From NCBI GenBank assembly GCA_027488845.1, contig JAIYBC010000024.1, positions 1,583-65,582 of the forward strand: a stretch of DNA of 64,000 nucleotides. The letters run 5' to 3'. The translations under genes and the position numbers were made by a program. The notes beneath the pieces are model-generated. The model had not been told where the DNA came from. It worked only from the letters and a program-made list of their open reading frames with translations, and made no database searches. Source of the stretch: Verrucomicrobiales bacterium. GTDB taxonomy: Bacteria > Verrucomicrobiota > Verrucomicrobiia > Limisphaerales > UBA9464. Shown in pieces: positions 1-8,188 of this stretch (its first letter is position 1; each line of letters opens with the position of its first letter).

Positions 1-180
1 GCAGTACCACGACGAAACGAGCCCGCTGGCCAGAGGGGGGAACACGAAAGCCAGCTCCCAATCGAACAACCTGTACAAGGGCAGCAGGTTCCCGCGGCGG
101 TCCAAGAGGGAGACAAAGATCCACCAACCTCCCCAAGCCGCGGCAAGAATTGAACCGAAAGCCACGACTCCCCGACTCAT
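1..180 (-). CDS. partial CDS: N-terminus of a small hydrophobic protein running off the left window edge
   Basis: ATG at 178-180 (minus) opens a stop-free frame to position 1: MSRGVVAFGSILAAAWGGWWIFVSLLDRRGNLLPLYRLFDWELAFVFPPLASGLVSSWYC. The N-terminal segment is hydrophobic. It is absent from the ORF track because it is truncated. No family recognised. Confidence 0.3.
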   Translation of the reverse strand, partial: MSRGVVAFGSILAAAWGGWWIFVSLLDRRGNLLPLYRLFDWELAFVFPPLASGLVSSWYC

Positions 181-306
181 CCGCGTCCGGAAGGCACAAA
201 AGGCGGGAAGGACCGTGGCCAACAATCCGACCTCGAGGAAGACCAGCAGGAAAAGCTCATTCCTCATTCTTGGATTGGCGCGGGGGATACGACTTGGCCA
301 CAGAGA

Positions 307-374
307 CACGGAGGGCACGGAGAAGGAGTTGGGACCGACTTCTTCTCCCTCTCGGTGTGCTTCGTGCCTCCGTG
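307..374. other. long imperfect inverted repeat (hairpin) just 3' of purB
   Basis: Outer arms are cacggagggcacg (307-319) and cgtgcctccgtg (363-374), giving 12 bp with one bulge. Inner arms are ggagaaggag (319-328) and cttcttctcc (339-348). The apical loop is 10 nt. There is no T-tract. Confidence 0.6.
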
Positions 375-387
375 GCAGGAATCCCGT

Positions 388-1722
388 TCAGAGACCGAGC
401 TGCTTGAACCGGCTCTTCACTTCCTTCAGGTGGAAGTCGAGGGAACAGAGCTTCTCCAACTCGCCCTTCTTGAAGTGCTTCGCGACGTCCGCGTCGGCTT
501 TGAGCACCTCCAGGAAGTCGGCGTCGTCGCGGCCGGCGTGCTTCACCTCCCACGTCTTCATCGCGTTGCGCTGCACCAGCGCGTAGGCGTCCTCGCGGGT
601 CAGGCCCTTGCGGATCAGCGCCAGCAGCACGGTCTGGCTGTTCCACATGCCGAGGCTCAGGCCGAGGTTGCGCTTCATGTTCTCCGGGTAGACGAGCAGT
701 CCGTCCATGAGGCGGGTGAGCAGCCCGAACATGTAGTCGAGCAGCGTGCAGGAATCGGGGAAGATGATGCGTTCGACGCTGCTGTGGCTGATGTCGCGCT
801 CGTGCCACAGGGCGACGTTCTCCATGCCGGCGACGGCGTTGCCGCGGATGACGCGGGCCAACCCGGTGAGGCGTTCCCAGGTGATGGGGTTGCGCTTGTG
901 CGGCATGGCGCTGCTGCCCTTCTGCCCCTTGGTGAAGGGCTCCTCGGCCTCCAGCACCTCGGTGCGTTGCAGGTGGCGGAACTCGACGCCCCAGTGCTCG
1001 AACGCACAGGCCACGAGGGCGAGGCAGTTCATGAACTCCGCGTGGATGTCGCGCTGGACCACCTGGGTGGCGATGGTGGCGGGACGAAGGCCCAGCTGGC
1101 GGCAGACGAACGCCTCGACCTTCGGCGAAAGGTGGGCGTTGGTGCCCACGGCGCCGCTCAGCTTGCCCAGCGCGACCACTTCACGGACGTGCTTCAGGCG
1201 GGACAGCGCGCGGACGAACTCCTCGTGCATCAACGCCAGCTTCAGCCCGAAGGTGGTCGGCTCGCCATGGATGCCATGGCTGCGGCCGATGCAGGGCGTG
1301 AGCATGTGTTCCTTGGCCCGGCGGGCGATGACGGGCAGCAACGTCTCGACGTCCCGGATCAGGATGTCGGCCGACTGGACCATCTGGACCGCGAAGGCGG
1401 TGTCCACGATGTCCGAGCTGGTGAGGCCGAAGTGGAGCCAACGGCTGGCGGGATCGTTGATCTGCTCGGCGACGGCGGTGGTGAAGCCGATGACGTCGTG
1501 GTTGAGCGTCTTCTCGAGCTCCTTGGCCCGTTCGGTGAGGGCCTTGGTGTCCGCGAAGCACTTCTCGGCGCCGGCCTTCATCCGGGCGAAGTCCTTCTTG
1601 GGAACGATGCCGTCGGCGGCCAAGGCCTCGCTGGCCAGCATTTCGATCTGCAGCCAGATGCGCAGCTTGTTCTCGTCGGTCCAGATGGCCCGCATCTCGG
1701 GCCGCGAATAGCGAAGAATCAC
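388..1722 (-). CDS. purB: adenylosuccinate lyase
   Basis: Carries the fumarate-lyase signature GSSAMPHKRNP and full-length PurB-like sequence. The N-terminus VILRYSRPEMRAIW matches the conserved PurB start, so I place the start at GTG 1720-1722 rather than at the ORF-track start 1905. Confidence 0.93.
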   Translation of the reverse strand: MILRYSRPEMRAIWTDENKLRIWLQIEMLASEALAADGIVPKKDFARMKAGAEKCFADTKALTERAKELEKTLNHDVIGFTTAVAEQINDPASRWLHFGLTSSDIVDTAFAVQMVQSADILIRDVETLLPVIARRAKEHMLTPCIGRSHGIHGEPTTFGLKLALMHEEFVRALSRLKHVREVVALGKLSGAVGTNAHLSPKVEAFVCRQLGLRPATIATQVVQRDIHAEFMNCLALVACAFEHWGVEFRHLQRTEVLEAEEPFTKGQKGSSAMPHKRNPITWERLTGLARVIRGNAVAGMENVALWHERDISHSSVERIIFPDSCTLLDYMFGLLTRLMDGLLVYPENMKRNLGLSLGMWNSQTVLLALIRKGLTREDAYALVQRNAMKTWEVKHAGRDDADFLEVLKADADVAKHFKKGELEKLCSLDFHLKEVKSRFKQLGL

Positions 1723-1920
1723 GCCCGGGAGACTGGGCCGAAACCGGCGTCGAGGCGAGCCGCGAGAAGTGGCGGACCGGGGCGGGTGGGGACCTGCGGC
1801 GATGAACCGTTCAGGACTTCGCCGTCCCGCCGCCGTTCGAGAGACGGGTGATGCGGAGGCGCGGAGGCCGCGGAGTGGGGAACGGCGCTGGGCCGGAGGA
1901 AACACCGCACGGCCCTACCT

Positions 1921-1972
1921 CCCTTCGCGGCTTGGCGCCTTGGCGCGAGGCCCCCTTCCGCTTGGGATCGGC
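1921..1972 (-). repeat. stop-codon-abutting repeat, copy A (directly after fliN TGA)
   Basis: 27-nt core ttcgcggcttggcgccttggcgcgagg at 1924-1950. It is 26/27 identical to 56070-56096 and 24/27 identical to the reverse complement of 51287-51313. Flanks are also similar. Confidence 0.75.
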
Positions 1973-2221
1973 TCAGCCTGCCGCGAGCAGTTCGGTGATC
2001 TTGATGCCGAAGCGGTTGTCGACGACGACGACCTCGCCGCGGGCGATGAGCTTGGAGTTGACCTGCAGGTCGACGGGGGCGTCGGCGACCTTGTCGAGCT
2101 GCACCACGGAGCCGACGGCGAGGTTGAGGACGTCGCGCATCGGAAGGTGGCAGGAGCCGAGCTGGACACTGACCTCGACGGGGACGTCCAGGAGGATTTC
2201 GAGGTTGGCGGATTCGGTCAT
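1973..2221 (-). CDS. fliN: flagellar motor switch protein FliN (short, SpoA domain only, 82 aa)
   Basis: C-terminal part of ORF 1973-2941. MTESANLEILLDVPVEVSVQLG...LIARGEVVVVDNRFGIKITELL is a typical FliN/SpoA sequence. ATG at 2219-2221 overlaps the fliM stop (ATGA). Confidence 0.9.
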   Translation of the reverse strand: MTESANLEILLDVPVEVSVQLGSCHLPMRDVLNLAVGSVVQLDKVADAPVDLQVNSKLIARGEVVVVDNRFGIKITELLAAG

Positions 2222-3258
2222 GGGAGGGGAGTGGTCGGCTTGGCGATGACGTTCTGGATCTCCACGGCCATCTGCCCCTCGGACGCGCCGAGGCGGGCCG
2301 AGAAGCACGGTTTGCTGGCGAGCCTCACGGAGATCTGGGAGGCGAACTCGGCGGGAAGCGGGATGACGTCGCCGACCTTGAGGGAGGCGACGTCGCGGGC
2401 CTTGAGACGGAGGCCGTTCCATTCGGCGGTGACCTCCATGCGGGTGTCGTCGAGCTTGCTGTTCCAGCGGTTGGTCTGCTTGGAACTGGTGTCGGGAAGA
2501 TCCTCGACGCCCTGCTTGAGGCGGGTGCTGAGCTGGCGGACCAGCGGCTCCAGCGTGGTGTAGGGGAACGCGATCTGGATGGTCTCCAGGCAGTCGCCCA
2601 TCTGCGCCTCGACCGCGAGGACCAGCATGATGGCGTCGGAGTCGGCGGTCTGGAGGAACCGGCCGTTGGTCTCGTGGCCGAACATCGACGGCCGGAGGTC
2701 GCGGTAGGGGGCCCAGTGGGTGCACCACTCGGTGATCATCAGGGAGATGACCTGGTCGACGAGTGTGACCTCGAGCTCGGAGAGGTCGCGGTTGCCGGCG
2801 ATCGAGTGTCCGGGGCCGCCGAGGAGACGGTCGACGATGGTGAGTCCGAGTCGGGGAGGCAGGTCGAGCAGGCAGATGCCGCGGAGCGGTTCGACGCGGA
2901 AGAGCGTGAGGTGGGTGGGGCTGTTCAGGCCCTCGCACCACTTCTTGTACGGCAGCGTGTGGAGCTGGGACATCTGCAGGCTGAACTCCACGCGGAGGTA
3001 GATCGACAGCCGGGCGGCGAGCGCCTGGATGAACTCCTCATGGTGGATGCGCAGCTTGCGGAGCTCGATCGGGGAGAGGAAGACCGGTGTCCGGAAGTCG
3101 TAGGCCGAGATCGACTCCCGGGAGTGCTGCTTCTTCGAGCCGTCGGTCTGGTGGACGACGGCGTTCGTCTCCTCCTGCTGGACCTGTTGCAGGAGGCGTT
3201 CGACCTCGGACTGCGACAGGACGTCGCTTCCTTGGGATCCCTGATCGGCTACGGCCAT
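2218..3258 (-). CDS. fliM: flagellar motor switch protein FliM
   Basis: 346 aa with the N-terminal CheY-P binding-type motif LSQSEVERLL. Has the FliM middle domain and a C-terminal SpoA-like part. Synteny is fliL-fliM-fliN. Confidence 0.9.
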   Translation of the reverse strand: MAVADQGSQGSDVLSQSEVERLLQQVQQEETNAVVHQTDGSKKQHSRESISAYDFRTPVFLSPIELRKLRIHHEEFIQALAARLSIYLRVEFSLQMSQLHTLPYKKWCEGLNSPTHLTLFRVEPLRGICLLDLPPRLGLTIVDRLLGGPGHSIAGNRDLSELEVTLVDQVISLMITEWCTHWAPYRDLRPSMFGHETNGRFLQTADSDAIMLVLAVEAQMGDCLETIQIAFPYTTLEPLVRQLSTRLKQGVEDLPDTSSKQTNRWNSKLDDTRMEVTAEWNGLRLKARDVASLKVGDVIPLPAEFASQISVRLASKPCFSARLGASEGQMAVEIQNVIAKPTTPLP

Positions 3259-3263
3259 GGTCG

Positions 3264-3971
3264 TTACTGGGTGGCGAACTCGGTGAAGTAGAGGTCGACG
3301 ACGACGCCCTCACCGAGGATGCCGTTTCCGATGGTGATGAGCTCGGAGCGGATGAGGTTCCGTGCGCCGGGCCGTTCGAGGTCGGTGGCGGTCTTGCTGG
3401 AGAGCGCCGAGGAGAAGGCGTCCTTGAGCTGGTCCGCGTGCTCCTCGACGAGGTCCTTGATGGCGGCCTTCTTGCCGACGAGCGTGATGCCGACCGCGAG
3501 GTAGCGGGTCCCCATGGTCCCGGCGACGTTGACGATGAGCTTCGAGGGGAGCGGGGCGAGGACCTTGCCGCCCTTGCCGGCGGGCTTGGCGTCGCCGTGT
3601 CCCTTGTCGGCCTTGGCGTCTCCGCCGTGCGACTTGTCCGCCTTGGCGTCGCCGTGGGCGGCATCCGCCTTGGCGTCGCCATGGCCCTTGTCGGCCTTCT
3701 CCTCGCCATGGCCCTTGTCCTCGGACGCGGCGTCGCCGTGGGCCGCATCGCCCTCCGCCTCGCCGCCGGCGGCGTGGGCGTCGACGGACGACTTGGAGTT
3801 GAGCTTGGGAAGGATGACGAACTGGGTCATCGCGAAGGCGATGGCCGGCATGAGGACGATGTTGAGGATGAGGGGCAGCATCGACTTGATGCCACCGCCA
3901 CCACCGCCGGCGGCGGCCTCCGCGGGTTTCGCGGCCTCCGCCGGCTTCTCTGCTGATGCTGATGCGGCCAT
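3264..3971 (-). CDS. fliL: flagellar basal-body-associated protein FliL with a His/Asp/Lys-rich repeat insertion
   Basis: Single TM segment (MLPLILNIVLMPAIAFAMTQFVIL). The C-terminal FliL domain reads LIVNVAGTMGTRYLAVGITLVG...LIRSELITIGNGIL...VVDLYFTEF. It sits between flgE and fliM. Confidence 0.85.
   Translation of the reverse strand: MAASASAEKPAEAAKPAEAAAGGGGGGIKSMLPLILNIVLMPAIAFAMTQFVILPKLNSKSSVDAHAAGGEAEGDAAHGDAASEDKGHGEEKADKGHGDAKADAAHGDAKADKSHGGDAKADKGHGDAKPAGKGGKVLAPLPSKLIVNVAGTMGTRYLAVGITLVGKKAAIKDLVEEHADQLKDAFSSALSSKTATDLERPGARNLIRSELITIGNGILGEGVVVDLYFTEFATQ
3561..3782 (-). repeat. in-frame degenerate tandem repeat inside fliL (unit approx K-A-D-K-G-H-G-D-A)
   Basis: Peptide: AHGDAASEDKGHGEEKADKGHGDAKADAAHGDAKADKSHGGDAKADKGHGDAKPAGKGGK. 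The DNA shows reiterated ccttggcgtcgcc(g/a)tg units. Confidence 0.85.
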
Positions 3972-3984
3972 GAAAGGGAGGGGT

Positions 3985-4806
3985 TCAGCGCTTCAGGTTG
4001 ATGAGCTCCTGGAGGATCTCGTCGGACGTGGTGATGATCTTGGCGTTCGCCTGGTAGCCACGCTGGGTGACGATCAGGTCGGTGAACTGGGAGGCGAGGT
4101 CCACGTTGGCCTGTTCCAGCGCCTGCCACTTGATGTCGCCGCGACCGCCGGTTCCCGGCGTGCCGAGTCCGGACGGACCGGCGCCGGCGAGGTTGGAGAA
4201 GCGGTTGGAGCCCACCTTGGTCAGGGCGCCCGGATCGCTGAAGTTCTGGACCTGGATCTGGCCGATCTGGATCGGCGCCGGCGCCGGCGTGCCGGAGACG
4301 GTGCTGGCCAGGGTCAGCATGACCTTGCCGTCGTTGGCGATCTGCCAGGAGACGCCGGAGGAACCACCCGGAAGGTTGGCGGGATTGAGGGTGATCTTGA
4401 TGTCGCCGGCGGCACCGGCCGAGTCGAGGCCCTGGACCCGGTATCCGTCCTGGGTGACCAGGAATCCCGAGGTGTCGAGGCGGAAGTCGCCGGCGCGGGT
4501 CGCGAACGACTCGCCGGTGACCGAATCCTTCACCACGAAGAACCCGTTGCCCTGGATGGCCATGTCGTAGGGCTGGCCGGTGCCGGCGATGACGCCCTGG
4601 GTGAAGGAGTTGGAGACGCCGGCGGTGGAGACCCCGGAGCCGATCTGGGCCCGCGAGTTCAGCATCGAGCTGAAGCTGTCCGCGGCATGGGTGGTGGCGG
4701 CGCGGAATCCGGTGGTGTTGACGTTGGCGATGTTGTTGCCGATGACGTCGAGCCGGTTCTGCTGGTACTGGAGGCCGCTGACGGCGGTGTTGAGGGAGCG
4801 GAGCAT
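3985..4806 (-). CDS. flgE: flagellar hook protein FlgE (short form, 273 aa)
   Basis: N-terminal rod/hook motif LNTAVSGLQYQQNRLDVIGNNIANVNTTGF and C-terminal LEQANVDLASQFTDLIVTQRGYQANAKIITTSDEILQELINL. It sits after flgD. Confidence 0.85.
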   Translation of the reverse strand: MLRSLNTAVSGLQYQQNRLDVIGNNIANVNTTGFRAATTHAADSFSSMLNSRAQIGSGVSTAGVSNSFTQGVIAGTGQPYDMAIQGNGFFVVKDSVTGESFATRAGDFRLDTSGFLVTQDGYRVQGLDSAGAAGDIKITLNPANLPGGSSGVSWQIANDGKVMLTLASTVSGTPAPAPIQIGQIQVQNFSDPGALTKVGSNRFSNLAGAGPSGLGTPGTGGRGDIKWQALEQANVDLASQFTDLIVTQRGYQANAKIITTSDEILQELINLKR

Positions 4807-4857
4807 AGGATCAGGGAGTTGGATTCGGCTTTTTGTTGAGAAAGGGGAAGACGTGGA

Positions 4858-5397
4858 TTACGGGCGATAGACGGGACCGACGACCAACGGGTCTTCGGGA
4901 TGGGGCAGCGACACGGTCGGCTGGGCCGGGGTCTCGGTGAGGATCTGGAGGGACTGGACCGCGGAGGAGTCGTAGGCGGTGCCATTGACGACGACCATGG
5001 CGCGGCCGCCGTTGGGGCGGACCTCGGTGACGAGTCCCTGGATGGTGTTTCCGGAGACCGGGTCCTTGACGTTGACGACCTGGCCGAGCAGGAGGCTGGC
5101 CTGGGATTGGGAAAACTGGGAACGGAGGCCCGCGATGTCGGACTGCATGGCGCGGGTCTGTTCCAGCGTGTTGAACTGGGCCATCTGCGCGATGAAGTCG
5201 GTGTCCTTCTGGGGATTCAGCGGGTCCTGGTAGCTGAACTGGGCGGCGATGAGCTTGAAGAACTCGTCCTGACCCAGGGTCTTGACCGGGGTCCGCTGCG
5301 ACATGGACGCGCCGGACGGATCGGTGATGACCGTCTGTCCGAGGGGCGGGGCTGGACCGACGAACTCGGACGGGTTTCTGACGGGGATCGTGGACAT
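4858..5397 (-). CDS. flgD: flagellar hook capping/assembly protein FlgD
   Basis: LGQDEFFKLIAAQFSYQDPLNPQKDTDFIAQMAQFNTLEQ is the conserved FlgD N-domain. It lies between fliK and flgE. Confidence 0.88.
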   Translation of the reverse strand: MSTIPVRNPSEFVGPAPPLGQTVITDPSGASMSQRTPVKTLGQDEFFKLIAAQFSYQDPLNPQKDTDFIAQMAQFNTLEQTRAMQSDIAGLRSQFSQSQASLLLGQVVNVKDPVSGNTIQGLVTEVRPNGGRAMVVVNGTAYDSSAVQSLQILTETPAQPTVSLPHPEDPLVVGPVYRP

Positions 5398-5398
5398 G

Positions 5399-8188
5399 TC
5401 AGGCCCAGGATTCGAGGAGGTGGCGGGTGCCGCCGACGGCTCCGGCCGGAGTCGCGGACTTGGCGGAGGTGGACCGGGAGGATTCGCCCGGGAAACCGAA
5501 GGAAGCCGCGTCGCCGCGGAGATCCTGGGGATTGTCGCGGTGTCCCGAACGTCCGCCCGATCGGGAATCGGCCGCGCCGAATTGGGACGGCTCCGGGGTC
5601 TTCCCGGCCGAACCGCCCAGGGGGGCTTCGTTCAAGGGCAGGAGCGCGATGCCTTGGGCGAGCAGGTTCGACTGGAGTTCAGGCCAACCTGCCTTGAAGG
5701 CCTCGATGTCCCCGCGTTCCAGGGAAGCACGGACCTCGGCCTGGCCGCGATTGAGGCGGAGCTCGATGCGCAGTTCGGAATGGGCGTCCGGACGGACCAC
5801 GGCGGAAAGGATACCCGGTCGGAACTGCCGGAGGATGTTGGCCTCGGTGGAGATCAACTCGGCGAACCGGTCCAGTCTCGGAGCGGAAGGCGTCGCGGTG
5901 CTGCCGGCCTCGGAAGGCGCTGGGTCGAAGCGTTTCACGGAGGGTTCTTGGGGGATTTGGGGTTGGGGAAGATCCGATGCCACCTCGAGCGCAGACCCGG
6001 TCCGGGACATTTCTGCCCGGCCCGGCGTCCGGGTCTCCCCGGAACCGGCAATTTCGGACTGGATTGCGCTGTAGGCCATCGACATCCCCTCTCCAGCATC
6101 GGGTGTGCCGAGCCCCGTGGAGCGTTTGTCCGCCCCTGCGGAACGCCGCTGCTGGGACGAATCCGGTTGAGACTCATTCCTCTCAGCGACAGTGGTTTGC
6201 GACACATTGAACCGAGAGGCTTCGAGGGCCGCATCGGACCTGTTTTCAGGCTCCGGCAGGGAGTTCCGGTCGGCGATTTCAGCCGGGCTGGTTGGTGCCG
6301 TCGCCGTCGGTTGCCAGGCGAGGTTCCGGGCGGATTGGACGGGCGGCTCGGGGCTCTTGCCCGTGGCTTCCCGGGAGGACTGCGAATTCGCGATGGAAAC
6401 CGCCGGCACCGCCCCCGGGTTGGCCGGACGGACGACAACAGGCTCAGCAACGCGCGGAGATTCCGGTGTCCAGGCTCGAAGCCCCTCGGAAAGGGCGGGA
6501 CGGGGGTTCAGTTGTCCGGCCACCCCGCCCCACTCCGGCAAGGGTGGCAACTCCAGGGCCTCTGAAGGGGCTTCGCCCTGGGCGACTCCGGCTTCGGGAG
6601 CAGCCGTTTCGAACCGGATGGAACCCACCCCGGAAGGACTCGAAGTCTTCGTCCGGGTCGGACCGAAGTCCGCGCCCGGGAGACCCTCCGCGGAATCCGG
6701 ACCCGGCTCGGGAGAACCGATGTCCGCGGTCCACGGCGGGAGCGGGGTGCGCAGAGGCTCGGTGGAGAAGTCCGGAAGCAGGGACCGGTTGGGATCGCGC
6801 GGGTTGGTCGCCGGGGGTTCGGGGACGGATTGGGGATCGGGCCAGGACGCAGGCCGGATTCCCATGCCGGAACGTTGGCCTTCCAACTCATTCGCGGCCC
6901 GGACGGTCGCCGGTGTGGATCCGGTCGGCTTCACAACCGATCCCGCTTGTCGTGTCGCGGTCGGGGCAAGTCCCGAGGACGGGGAATCCGCAACGGGCAT
7001 GGACTTCGTCTCGGAGGGCCGGGGTTCCGAGGGGGCGGCCTGGGGGAGCGGCTGGGGAAACTCCGGATCACCGGAATTCCCCGGGCTCTTCCGTTCGGAA
7101 GGCGTCGCCTTGACCTTGGAAGCCGCGGGCTGTGGCGGCTGCGGAAGGGATCCGGAGCCGACACCGGTGGGAGGTGCCGAATCCGTGCCCGTCGCAACGA
7201 CAGGGGTGGTGACCGAGGTCCATGTCCCCAATCGCTGGCTTCCCGCCTCCCGGGCGGCATCGAAGGCCGGCGCATCGGATCCGGTCGGCTTCACGCCCGA
7301 TCCGGTCTGCCGCGCCGCAGGCACGGTGCTTCCCGGCACAATGGGATCGGCGCCGGGCCCGGACATCGTCGGGAAGCTCCGGTGGGACGCGGGAACGGCT
7401 CCGGAACCAACGCGAGAAGGCGATGCAATCGGCGCCGAGTCCGCGCCTGTCGCCCCAAGGGGGATCGGGCCCAAAGGCTTGGCCCCGCCGTCCGAGGATG
7501 GGTTTCCGCGCCGGAAGTCGCGGTGGTCACCGGCAGCGGCCTGTGGAACCTGTTCGGAACCCTCCCCTTCCCCACCCGTGCCCGCTTCCGAGCCCACAGG
7601 GATCGGATCGGCGATCCGTTCCCTCGATTGCGGAAGCGGCATCGGCATCGTGGGCACGGAAACCATCTGGGGTGGGATGACGGGCACCTGCGCGGGATCG
7701 GCGGTGATGCCGGCAGCCCGGACGGGATGCGGGACCGTGCTGCGCGTCCGTTCCGGGAACGGCTGGGGTCGCTCTGGCCGACCGGCCTGGGACAAGGGAG
7801 GTTTCGCGACCGCAGGGGACGCGCCGGACGGACGCGGTTTCGAAGCCCGCTGGACCGTCTGGGAAACGGACGGGGTCGGCACGGCCTCCGACGCCGGGGA
7901 TTCCGGGATGGGACCAACGTCGGTTCGGGAGCCGCTGGAAGCGTGAGCGGAATCCACCGGTGCGGCGGTGGAGTTCGTCGTGCCCGGTTCCGCCACGTGC
8001 AAGGCGGGCCCGCCGTTCGGGCCGCAGGCGGGCGACCGGAGGGAACCTTCGAGAAGCGACCCGAAGTCGGAACCCGGCGTCCCGCACCCGTCGGTGGGCA
8101 AAGGGAACGCTGCGGGGATGGCGTTGACCGCGTCCTGCGGGGAGATGAGGGGGAAGGCGTCCGTGCCGGGAAGGCTGGACGAAGTCAT
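5399..8188 (-). CDS. fliK: flagellar hook-length control protein FliK-like, unusually long (929 aa), Pro/Ser/Ala/Gly-rich
   Basis: C-terminal Flg_hook-like domain (ILSAVVRPDAHSELRIELRLNRGQAEVRASLERGDIEAFKAGWPELQSNLLAQGIAL). Position is between ylxF and flgD. The start overlaps the ylxF stop. The rest is low-complexity with an internal duplication of about 120 aa. Confidence 0.75.
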   Translation of the reverse strand: MTSSSLPGTDAFPLISPQDAVNAIPAAFPLPTDGCGTPGSDFGSLLEGSLRSPACGPNGGPALHVAEPGTTNSTAAPVDSAHASSGSRTDVGPIPESPASEAVPTPSVSQTVQRASKPRPSGASPAVAKPPLSQAGRPERPQPFPERTRSTVPHPVRAAGITADPAQVPVIPPQMVSVPTMPMPLPQSRERIADPIPVGSEAGTGGEGEGSEQVPQAAAGDHRDFRRGNPSSDGGAKPLGPIPLGATGADSAPIASPSRVGSGAVPASHRSFPTMSGPGADPIVPGSTVPAARQTGSGVKPTGSDAPAFDAAREAGSQRLGTWTSVTTPVVATGTDSAPPTGVGSGSLPQPPQPAASKVKATPSERKSPGNSGDPEFPQPLPQAAPSEPRPSETKSMPVADSPSSGLAPTATRQAGSVVKPTGSTPATVRAANELEGQRSGMGIRPASWPDPQSVPEPPATNPRDPNRSLLPDFSTEPLRTPLPPWTADIGSPEPGPDSAEGLPGADFGPTRTKTSSPSGVGSIRFETAAPEAGVAQGEAPSEALELPPLPEWGGVAGQLNPRPALSEGLRAWTPESPRVAEPVVVRPANPGAVPAVSIANSQSSREATGKSPEPPVQSARNLAWQPTATAPTSPAEIADRNSLPEPENRSDAALEASRFNVSQTTVAERNESQPDSSQQRRSAGADKRSTGLGTPDAGEGMSMAYSAIQSEIAGSGETRTPGRAEMSRTGSALEVASDLPQPQIPQEPSVKRFDPAPSEAGSTATPSAPRLDRFAELISTEANILRQFRPGILSAVVRPDAHSELRIELRLNRGQAEVRASLERGDIEAFKAGWPELQSNLLAQGIALLPLNEAPLGGSAGKTPEPSQFGAADSRSGGRSGHRDNPQDLRGDAASFGFPGESSRSTSAKSATPAGAVGGTRHLLESWA

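Noticed and set aside
301-322. Similarity between GAGACACGGAGGGCACGGAG (window start) and GAGACACGGACTGCCACGGAG (63893-63913)
   Set aside because: This is a match of about 17/21 with a gap. In 64 kb searched on both strands, matches of this length are expected by chance, so I do not treat it as a repeat family without genome-wide support.
1723-1920. Purine/ZTP-type riboswitch in the 250-nt purB leader (also checked upstream of folD)
   Set aside because: I could not find the conserved ZTP (pfl) or purine riboswitch core sequences by eye. The region is simply GC-rich spacer. A covariance-model scan would be needed to exclude it fully.
1973-1975. Possibility that the TGA codons followed by the repeat are selenocysteine/read-through codons with a SECIS-like hairpin
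   Set aside because: The repeat core falls in a different reading frame relative to the stop in copy B than in copies A and C. The read-through peptides are unrelated and run into nearby stops. FliN, the zinc-ribbon protein and the GH enzyme already end at normal family C-termini.
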